A stretch of DNA of 52,074 nucleotides, taken from positions 1-52,074 of the forward strand of contig JAFTOZ010000113.1 of the NCBI GenBank assembly GCA_017463565.1. The letters are read 5' to 3'. This document shows, piece by piece, positions 33,632-40,919 of the stretch. Source of the stretch: Clostridia bacterium (GTDB lineage: Bacteria; Bacillota; Clostridia; Christensenellales; CAG-1252). Each line of letters starts with the position of its first letter. The stretch's first letter is position 1. A program made the translations under genes and the position numbers. Under the pieces are notes generated by a model, which worked only from the letters and a program-made list of their open reading frames with translations, was not told where the DNA came from and made no database searches.

Positions 33632-35326
33632 ATGAAAAAGTTGATCGTTGCTTTGTGTATCCTATGTTTGTGCTGTGGACTGGTCGCAGGTTGTACGACC
33701 AAAGCGCCCACCGTGGGGGAAATGAGCCCCGTGAGGCTCGCGGACACGCACAGTTTGGAGTGGGACGCCGTAGAGGGCGCAGAGTTTTATGGCGTGCGCG
33801 TGATGTTTGACGGCGTGAACGGCTATGAAGAACCCACCGAAAATACCTATTACCGTTTGAAGCTCTTCCGCGCGGGCACCTATACCTTGTCTGTGCGTGC
33901 GAAAACTGCAGCAGGCTATACCGATTATTCGCCTGCGGTGACCTACGTGGTGGAGGAAAACGTGACCACGACGCCCGTGCAGCCCGACGACCCCAATAAG
34001 CCTGTGGTGGTACTGCGTGGATCGGGTACGGCGGAAGACCCCTTGTTGATCTTTGACGAGGAGGATCTGGCGGTGATCGGTAGCGGTATGCGTGAGGTGA
34101 AAGAGGACGGCGTGACCGTACGCTATCAGAACTATTATGCGCTGATGGCGGATATCGACCTGGGCGGTGCAGAGTGGACCCCCATTGGCTCGAACTCGGT
34201 GCCTTTCCGTGGATTGTTTGACGGTAGAGGACATACCATTTCGAATTTTACACACACCAAAACCTACGGCTCGAGCTACGTGCGAAACGGTTTGTTCTCG
34301 ACGACGCAGGACGCAACCATCGTCAACTTGAATATCAAGGGATATACCGCTGATTTGAAACAGTTGAAGCGTGGCTTGGCGCTGGGCGCGCTGATAGGTA
34401 TGAGCAAAAATACCGTGATTGATAACGTCCACGTAGAGGGCAATATCACCGTGTATGCGCCGATTGAGGATTCTGAGGCGGCTTATATCGGTATGATCGT
34501 GGGACAAAGCACGGGTACAGACCTGCGCCATTGCTCTGCGGCGGGTAAGATTGACGTGACCTTTGCGAAGGCGTATGCCGGCGGTCTGGTGGGTCATATG
34601 CAAAACAAAACCGATTATTTGCGTGCGTGTTTGAGCCTGGTGGACGTGAAGACGATGGCGACTGCGATGGAGTCGGTGCCGGACGTGGCAGGCAGCATCA
34701 GCAAGCGACCCAACGGTTATTCCTTTGCGGGAGGCTTGGTGGGCTATGCGTCGAGCGTGGGCGGTATCTACGACTGCGTGGTGCTGGGCAATATTGAGGC
34801 GGCGGCCTTTGACGGCACACCTGCTGAGCGTGTGGGTCAGGGTATGCTGGGCGGTGGCTCGGTGAGCGCGACGGGTGTGTGCCGATTGGTGATTGGCGAT
34901 TGCTACGTGAGATTGGCAGGCATTGGCCGTGGGTTGAGTGAGGAATATCCCACGGGCACAGCAGCAGGCGCACGCTACGCCGTGGGTAACTGTACCTCGC
35001 TTGGCTCTAATAATACCGCATACGGCTTGACGGAAGACGAGGTGGGCAAGATGGACACGTATGCCGCACTCGATATGGAAAACACCTGGAAGATGGGAGA
35101 AAACGGCCCTGTGCTGGAGGAGAAAGTGCTCGCTTGGCACAAGGTTACCTATCAGGTGGAGGGAGAAACGGTGGATACGGCGTACGTGCTGCACGGACAC
35201 GTGGCACACCTGAGCCCCGATTATCAACCCCCCGAGGGATATGCCGTACGCTCTTGGGATTATAGCTATGCGCCCATTACCGAGGATACGGTGATCGTGG
35301 GTACTTTGCGCGTGCTGGAAGAATAA
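33632..35326 (+). CDS. Surface lipoprotein with an Fn3-like module, GLUG-type repeats and a C-terminal Listeria-Bacteroides-type repeat
   Basis: MKKLIVALCILCLCCGLVAGC lipobox. LEWDAVEGAEFYGVRV is Fn3-like. FRGLFDGRGHTISNF and repeated GGLVG motifs are GLUG-like. Confidence 0.75.
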   Translation: MKKLIVALCILCLCCGLVAGCTTKAPTVGEMSPVRLADTHSLEWDAVEGAEFYGVRVMFDGVNGYEEPTENTYYRLKLFRAGTYTLSVRAKTAAGYTDYSPAVTYVVEENVTTTPVQPDDPNKPVVVLRGSGTAEDPLLIFDEEDLAVIGSGMREVKEDGVTVRYQNYYALMADIDLGGAEWTPIGSNSVPFRGLFDGRGHTISNFTHTKTYGSSYVRNGLFSTTQDATIVNLNIKGYTADLKQLKRGLALGALIGMSKNTVIDNVHVEGNITVYAPIEDSEAAYIGMIVGQSTGTDLRHCSAAGKIDVTFAKAYAGGLVGHMQNKTDYLRACLSLVDVKTMATAMESVPDVAGSISKRPNGYSFAGGLVGYASSVGGIYDCVVLGNIEAAAFDGTPAERVGQGMLGGGSVSATGVCRLVIGDCYVRLAGIGRGLSEEYPTGTAAGARYAVGNCTSLGSNNTAYGLTEDEVGKMDTYAALDMENTWKMGENGPVLEEKVLAWHKVTYQVEGETVDTAYVLHGHVAHLSPDYQPPEGYAVRSWDYSYAPITEDTVIVGTLRVLEE

Positions 35327-35364
35327 AAAAATTACGGGGCAAACCCGATACAAAGGAGAAAACT

Positions 35365-36198
35365 ATGAGTTATGCCGACCAAGTGTTTATCGACAATATC
35401 CGCCATATTTTGGAAAATGGCACAAGCGACGAGGGTATGAACGTGCGTCCCTATTGGGCGGACGACCATTCTCCTGCGCATACGGTGAAAGCTTTTGGTA
35501 TCGTGAATCGCTACGACCTGTCGAAAGAGTTTCCTATCACCACCCTGCGCCAAACTAACTTCCGCGCGGCGGTAGACGAGATCTTGTGGATCTGGCAGAA
35601 AAAGAGCAATAACGTGCACGAGTTGGGTAGCCATATCTGGGACGCTTGGGCGGACGAGAGTGGCTCTATCGGCAAGGCGTACGGCTATCAGTTGGGCGTG
35701 AAGCACCAATATAAAGAGGGTATGTTTGACCAGGTGGACAGAGTGCTGTACGACCTGAAGCACAATCCGCAGTCTCGCCGTATTATGACGAATATCTTTG
35801 TGCATCAGGACCTGCACGAAATGGCGCTGTACCCCTGTGCTTATTCCATGACCTTTAACGTGGTGGACGGCAAGTTGAACGCTATTTTGAATCAACGCTC
35901 CAACGATATGTTGGTGGCGAATAACTGGAACGTGGTGCAGTATGCCGTACTGGTGCATATGATGGCGCAGGTGAGCGGTTTGCAGGTGGGCGAGTTGGTG
36001 CACGTGATTGCAGACGCACATATCTACGACCGCCATATCCCCATTGTGAAAGAGGTGATTGAGCGCACCCCCATGGAAGCACCTAAGTTGATTATTGATC
36101 CTAACGTGAAGGATTTCTATGACTTTACGGTGGATAGTTTCCGCCTGGAGGGATATGACGCACCCAAGTTGGGTAAGCGTCTGCCGGTAGCGGTGTAG
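35365..36198 (+). CDS. thyA: Thymidylate synthase (ThyA, Bacillus ThyA-type)
   Basis: Colinear with B. subtilis ThyA from recall: ...PAHT..., EILWIWQKKSN, NPQSRR, ALYPCAY, RSNDM, EAPKLIIDPNVKDFYDFTVDSF. SD AAGGAG. Confidence 0.95.
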   Translation: MSYADQVFIDNIRHILENGTSDEGMNVRPYWADDHSPAHTVKAFGIVNRYDLSKEFPITTLRQTNFRAAVDEILWIWQKKSNNVHELGSHIWDAWADESGSIGKAYGYQLGVKHQYKEGMFDQVDRVLYDLKHNPQSRRIMTNIFVHQDLHEMALYPCAYSMTFNVVDGKLNAILNQRSNDMLVANNWNVVQYAVLVHMMAQVSGLQVGELVHVIADAHIYDRHIPIVKEVIERTPMEAPKLIIDPNVKDFYDFTVDSFRLEGYDAPKLGKRLPVAV

Positions 36199-36543
36199 CG
36201 AGAAGTCCGCGGGGAACTTCTCGCAGTGAAATCCGTCTTTGACGGGTGAAATCCACCTGCGGTGGGTGAAATCGCTTTCGCGGTGAAATCCTGCTACGCA
36301 GGGTTGCGGTGATACGTTAATTTCATCTAAACAAATTAAAGAACAAATAAAAGAAAAGAGCAGAGCGAAGCAAGAAAGTCCGCGGGGAACTTCTCGCAGT
36401 GAAATCCGTCTTTGACGGGGGAAATCCACCTGCGGTGGGTGAAATCGCTTTCGCGGTGAAATCCTGCTACGCAGGGTTGCGGTGGTACGTTTAGTTTCAT
36501 CTGAACAAATTCAAGAATAAATAAAAGAAAAGAGCAGGAAGTT
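36198..36543. repeat. Two tandem ~173-bp units, each with GTGAAATC x4 alternating with mini-hairpins
   Basis: The unit offset is 173-174 bp (for example GTCCGC at 36205 and 36378). See the findings for hairpin coordinates. Confidence 0.9.
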
Positions 36544-36559
36544 GTCCTGCTCTTTTTGT
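36524..36559. terminator. Bidirectional terminator between thyA and the CotH gene
   Basis: Stem AGAGCAGGA (36531-36539) / TCCTGCTCT (36545-36553), flanked by an A-rich run and a T-run. Confidence 0.75.
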
Positions 36560-36622
36560 TTGCTGATTTTCATTTGCAAGTCTTTCTTGCCGAGCCTAAA
36601 GGAGAAAATCGCAAACCCTGCC

Positions 36623-38407
36623 TTATTTGAAGAAGTTCTCCAAGGCAGACTGGGCGGTGAGGCGCTTGGCACTCATATAGTCGGCGGTGGAGATATTTTG
36701 GTCGGTGCGGCCAAAGTCGGAGGCGCCACCTTCGGAGAAGGCAAGGCAGTCGGTGCGGACGTGGTCACGCACGGCTTGGACGATAGCGGAATCGGGGGTG
36801 GCGACTGCCTGGTAGTTAGCGGCGTATTTGAGGTAGATAGCACGGAAATGCTCATAGGTGAACCACTCGCCCTCCAGAATCTTGGAAATTGCGTTCATAT
36901 AGAGGGTTTGGTAGCTCTTGTCCCCCGGGGAAAGAATGGTCTTGGTGTAGAGGGGGCAGGAGACGTCTCCGTTGGGAGAGCGCGTGGAAAGGGGAGCGGC
37001 GGTCGTCATACCGTTGCCGGAGGGGTTCCAGTCCATATTGATGCCCAAACAGCGGTCGTAGTCGTAGGGAATGAAGATGGCTTGGCCGGTGGTGGGCAGG
37101 AAGTAGAGGTAGTAGTTGTTGCTGTTGTTGCGAATGCAATCGGGATTGCCCAACAGATAGTTGACCGCCTCGAAACGTGCGAAATAGTCCATATCCACTA
37201 AAGCCTCCAAATTTGTTTTGAAGGTGGGGGAGGTGGGGGATGCGGCAAGGGCATCCATCAGGGCACGGAGATATTTGTTGTGGTTGTAGTCGGGGTCGGA
37301 ACGGTCGTCGTTGGTCTTGAGAGAATAGTTGAAGCGTTGGGTGGGCGTTTCTACACCGTAGTTGTGCATACCGTTGAGGTCTGCTCTGCCGTTGGTGTAG
37401 GTGCATTTGTAGAGATCTCCGCTACGCTCCTCTTTGGAGAAGTGGCGTTTGAGGAAATGCTTGTCGATGGTTTCGTAGAGGTTGCCGACGCCAAGAGAAC
37501 GCATTTCGCCACCTTGTTTCATAGAGATTTGGGTGACGGTGATATGGGGGGCCAAGATACCGTAGGCTTGGAACATACGGTTGGCGTAGACCTCGCGCAT
37601 ATAGGTGTTGTCGTAGTTTTTGTTCCACTTGTAGTAGAACTTTTCCAGAGTGGCAAAGGTGCGGTCCTTGCGCGCGGAACGTGCCTCGTCGTCCGTCCAC
37701 TCGTGGCGGATATCTGCGCCCCAAGCGCCATCTTCGTACTCCTCGCCGTCGAAGGTTTCGCCAAGGTCGAAACGCAGGTGGACGTAGGCGTAGATATTGC
37801 CGTCCTGGTCGCAGAAGTCTCGGCGAGAGGTGTTGCCACGCATGCGCACACCCACCTCTTCGTAGTAGTAGCGCACGCCGTCTACAATGACGGTGAGGTT
37901 GCAACGGCGGTAGGTGTCGGCTTTGGCGCTGTTGCCGGTAGAAACGTAGTCGCAGTATGCTTCCTGTATTTTGAGAAGCTCGGAGGGTTCGATATCAATC
38001 TCCAAAGAGATTTGGGTGTCCTCGCTCCACAGACGGTAGTAGAGCGCCTTTTCTTCCTCGGAATAGTCCTTGTAGAAAGCGGTGTTTTGCGCCGACTTTT
38101 CGTCCGAGAAAAAGAAGGTGTCGGTGGGGGTGGGATCTACCGGATCATCGGGATCGATAGGATCGTCAGGGTCTACGGGGTCATCGGGATTGATAGGATC
38201 ATCAGGGTCTACCGGATCATCGGGGTCGATGGGGTCTTCGGGGTCGTCGGGCGTGATGGGACCGTCGGGATCGACCGGGTCGGTGGGGGTTTGCCCCGTG
38301 CCGCCGCCTGCGCCCGGCAGGGAATTCAAAAACTCGCAACCTGCAAAGGTTAGGAGCAAAATGCAGACGAGCAAAATGGGGAGTAGACGTTTGAAAAACT
38401 TGGTCAT
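36623..38407 (-). CDS. cotH: CotH-family (atypical kinase) lipoprotein with an Asp-Pro repeat linker
   Basis: The start is trimmed to ATG 38407 (MTKFFKRLLPILLVCILLLTFAGC). The linker is (DPxDPD)n. The CotH-like core includes VRMRGNTSRR and YYLYFLPTTGQAIFIPYDYD. Confidence 0.8.
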   Translation of the reverse strand: MTKFFKRLLPILLVCILLLTFAGCEFLNSLPGAGGGTGQTPTDPVDPDGPITPDDPEDPIDPDDPVDPDDPINPDDPVDPDDPIDPDDPVDPTPTDTFFFSDEKSAQNTAFYKDYSEEEKALYYRLWSEDTQISLEIDIEPSELLKIQEAYCDYVSTGNSAKADTYRRCNLTVIVDGVRYYYEEVGVRMRGNTSRRDFCDQDGNIYAYVHLRFDLGETFDGEEYEDGAWGADIRHEWTDDEARSARKDRTFATLEKFYYKWNKNYDNTYMREVYANRMFQAYGILAPHITVTQISMKQGGEMRSLGVGNLYETIDKHFLKRHFSKEERSGDLYKCTYTNGRADLNGMHNYGVETPTQRFNYSLKTNDDRSDPDYNHNKYLRALMDALAASPTSPTFKTNLEALVDMDYFARFEAVNYLLGNPDCIRNNSNNYYLYFLPTTGQAIFIPYDYDRCLGINMDWNPSGNGMTTAAPLSTRSPNGDVSCPLYTKTILSPGDKSYQTLYMNAISKILEGEWFTYEHFRAIYLKYAANYQAVATPDSAIVQAVRDHVRTDCLAFSEGGASDFGRTDQNISTADYMSAKRLTAQSALENFFK

Positions 38408-38469
38408 AGTTACCTCTCTTTTTCGTGCGCACATAGCCGCCGCGGACTATGCAATAAAAAGGGCGTACG

Positions 38470-39099
38470 TTAGACGCCCATAAGCCGTGCCGCAAGCTCG
38501 GGGCTACTGTCGCACCCGCGCCTGAGGGCAAGGAACATTTTGACTGTATCGTGGCGCGCATCGTGCGCGTCCTTGGTGGTATCGTAGAGCCAACGCATTT
38601 CGTTGAGAATATCCTCGTTGGTAACGCCAAAGTGGTGGGCAAGCTCCTCCAAAGAGGGGTACTTGATACCCTTGCCGTTTTTGGCAGGAATATTCAGAAG
38701 ACTGCGCGTGCCACGCATAGAGCAGAAGCCACGACCTGCGAGTTGGAAATCGTAGCCGCAACGCCGCATTTCTGCCTGCATAAAACTCTCGTCAAAGTTG
38801 AGATTGTGCGCAACGATGACGTCGGCAGAGTCGAAGTCCTGCTTGATTTCCTCTACGTCGTCGGCAAAAACACGTCCGCCCGACAAATAGCGGCAAAGCT
38901 CGGGGGTGAGACCGGTGACCTTGGCGGCACCCGGCTCGATATAACTCACCGTCCAATAGAAGTTCTTGGGAATCTGTACCTCGCCTGTGTCGATGATATA
39001 GGCAAGCTGACAAATCTGTCCGCCGACGAGGCACCCGTTGACCCAACTGCCCAAAGGACTGAGGCCTGTTGTTTCTGTATCAAAATAGATAATGCGCAT
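38470..39099 (-). CDS. DEDDh 3'-5' exonuclease (DnaQ/PolC-exonuclease-like)
   Basis: Exo I FDTETTG, Exo II VAHNLNFD and Exo III HDARHD motifs. Confidence 0.85.
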   Translation of the reverse strand: MRIIYFDTETTGLSPLGSWVNGCLVGGQICQLAYIIDTGEVQIPKNFYWTVSYIEPGAAKVTGLTPELCRYLSGGRVFADDVEEIKQDFDSADVIVAHNLNFDESFMQAEMRRCGYDFQLAGRGFCSMRGTRSLLNIPAKNGKGIKYPSLEELAHHFGVTNEDILNEMRWLYDTTKDAHDARHDTVKMFLALRRGCDSSPELAARLMGV

Positions 39100-39208
39100 A
39101 TTGCTATTATACGTGATGCGCGTGAGTTTGTCAATTATTGTCTTTCTATGGTGGGTATTTCATAGCGGAGGGGGCTTTTTCATACATTTAGCCATAAAGG
39201 AGGCGCGT

Positions 39209-39952
39209 ATGAATTTGACAGAATTGTTGGCATTGCCTGTGATTCAGCTGAACGCTGCCCGTAGATTGGGCGTGGTTAGCGGTTTTTTGGCGGACGAGAG
39301 GCTACGGCGAGTGAGCCATTGGGTGGTTTTGAATGAGGATACCTATATCGAAAACGTCCTGCCGTGGCAAAAGGCGACGGTGGGAAGCGAGGGGGTGTTT
39401 TGCACGGCAGGATTGCAACCCCTACCCCGAGATAAAAGACCCATTCCTTTGCACACGGCGGTGTATGATAGCGACGGCCGTGCTTGGGGTATGATGGAGG
39501 AAATTGAGGTGGACGAAACGGGGCGCACCGTGGCGCTACGCGTGGGGGAAAATCGCATAGACCCAGGCGGTGTGTTTTGCTACGGTGAGTTGGTGATTCT
39601 TCGTGGGAAAAGACGGCTACGGAGAGAGCGAGAGCAAAGGCAAGAGGTGCAAATAGAGAAGCATATGCAGGCGGTGCAAAAGGCGCCTGTTCCCGAGGAA
39701 GAAGGGGCGCCAACCTGGCGTGTGATCGAAAGGCCGCAGGAGAGGGAAACGGCACCCACCGAGGAAACGGAGGGGAGTGTGTACCGCGTGCGCGGTGATT
39801 ATGATTTTTTGGTGGGAAGACGGCTGGTGGCCGACCTGGTGCAGGCAGGGAGGTTGGTGGCAAAGCAAGGGCAAGTGATTGATAGAAGTTTGATCCAAGC
39901 CGCCAGAGAGTGGGGGTTGTTGGTTGCCCTGACCGCCCTCTCGAGAGGATAA
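39209..39952 (+). CDS. PRC-barrel-like domain protein (hypothetical)
   Basis: The start is trimmed to ATG 39209, preceded by AAGGAGG. The N-terminus MNLTELLALPVI...G.V...V resembles PRC-barrel/YlmC-type proteins. This is a weak functional call. Confidence 0.5.
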   Translation: MNLTELLALPVIQLNAARRLGVVSGFLADERLRRVSHWVVLNEDTYIENVLPWQKATVGSEGVFCTAGLQPLPRDKRPIPLHTAVYDSDGRAWGMMEEIEVDETGRTVALRVGENRIDPGGVFCYGELVILRGKRRLRREREQRQEVQIEKHMQAVQKAPVPEEEGAPTWRVIERPQERETAPTEETEGSVYRVRGDYDFLVGRRLVADLVQAGRLVAKQGQVIDRSLIQAAREWGLLVALTALSRG

Positions 39953-39984
39953 AAAGAAAACTGCCGTTTGGCAGTTTTTTCTTT
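39951..39984. terminator. Bidirectional terminator
   Basis: Stem AAAACTGCC / GGCAGTTTT with loop GTTT, flanked by an A-run and a T-run. Confidence 0.75.
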
Positions 39985-40061
39985 GCACTCCGTATGATTT
40001 GAAAGTACTTTATGTTTCTCTATCTATTCTCTTTTTCTTACTCGCTTTTTCCGTTCCATCG

Positions 40062-40919
40062 CTATTGCTTGCGGAAACCTTTTTTGAGGCGAGCAAGAAA
40101 ACCGCGGAATCCGTGGGGAAGGGGGGACTGTGGGGGTGTGGCGGTTTCGACCACCGAGGCAAAGGTAAGGCCGTAGACGTGGACGGCGCCTGCCTTTTTG
40201 AGGGTGTGGGCTACCTCGTCCATCGTTTGGCCTGTGGTGAGTACGTCGTCGATGACGAGGATTCGCTTGCCACGCACCTGGTCACGGTCTGCGGTGAAGG
40301 CTCCTTTGAGGTTGAGTTTGCGCTCCTCACGGCCCAGCCGTGTTTGGGGCGGCGTCTTTTTGCATTTAAGAACCGATTGGACGTAGGGGATATGCAGTTT
40401 TTGGGAAAAGGCGGTGGCGATGAGGGCGGATTGGTTGTAGCCGCGCGCACGCTGACGGGATTTGTGCAGGGGGACGGCGGTGACGTAGTCTACCTCGATG
40501 GGGTCCTGTAGATAGCGGTCTACCATATACGCTGCCATATACGGCGCAAGGTAGGCGGCAGAGGCATATTTGATTTTGTGGACGAGCCGTGTGGCCTCTC
40601 CTTGGTAGGCAAGGGCAGACAGTACGCGGTCGAAGTGGCGAGGTTCCTTTTTGCACAAACTGCAATAGACACCAAACCGATCTTCCTCTGCTACCTCGGG
40701 CTCGAGAGGATTGGGAGTGGGGGCTTGTATGGGTTTGCCACACTTGAGACAGTAGGGGTAGCGGACAAAAGAAAGCCGTGAAAGGCAATCGGGGCAGGTG
40801 CCCAATCGATGCTCGCTCCACAGCTCTCTGTTGCAACATATGCAGTTGTAGCGGTCGGGAAAGAAACTGTCCATCAGAAGACGGCGAATTTCTTTGCCCG
40901 AGGTTTTCTTTGGGGTCAT
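40062..40919 (-). CDS. comFC: ComF family protein (ComFC, phosphoribosyltransferase-like)
   Basis: N-terminal CxxC...CxxC zinc-finger pairs and the PRTase motif ILVIDDVLTTGQT. Confidence 0.85.
   Translation of the reverse strand: MTPKKTSGKEIRRLLMDSFFPDRYNCICCNRELWSEHRLGTCPDCLSRLSFVRYPYCLKCGKPIQAPTPNPLEPEVAEEDRFGVYCSLCKKEPRHFDRVLSALAYQGEATRLVHKIKYASAAYLAPYMAAYMVDRYLQDPIEVDYVTAVPLHKSRQRARGYNQSALIATAFSQKLHIPYVQSVLKCKKTPPQTRLGREERKLNLKGAFTADRDQVRGKRILVIDDVLTTGQTMDEVAHTLKKAGAVHVYGLTFASVVETATPPQSPLPHGFRGFLARLKKGFRKQ

Noticed and set aside
36226-36312. Chain of overlapping mini-ORFs (GTG AAA TCC ... GGG TGA), each ending in a TGA that overlaps the next GTG
   Set aside because: The peptides would be 6-9 aa (VKSVFDG, VKSTCGG, VKSLSR, VKSCYAGLR) with no SD. 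The pattern is an automatic consequence of the constant GGTGAAATC, and the structural explanation is more parsimonious.
33662-36429. Long minus-strand ORFs (33662..35353, 563 aa; 35332..36429, 365 aa) antisense to the lipoprotein and thyA genes
   Set aside because: They are His/Arg/Gln-rich with no SD or motifs. thyA and the lipoprotein frames are unambiguous. The second ORF also runs through the non-coding tandem repeat.
36198-36543. CRISPR array
   Set aside because: The constant elements are only 8 nt, the variable parts are 9-13 nt self-complementary hairpins, the whole unit is duplicated as a 173-bp block, and no cas genes are present. This is not a CRISPR architecture.
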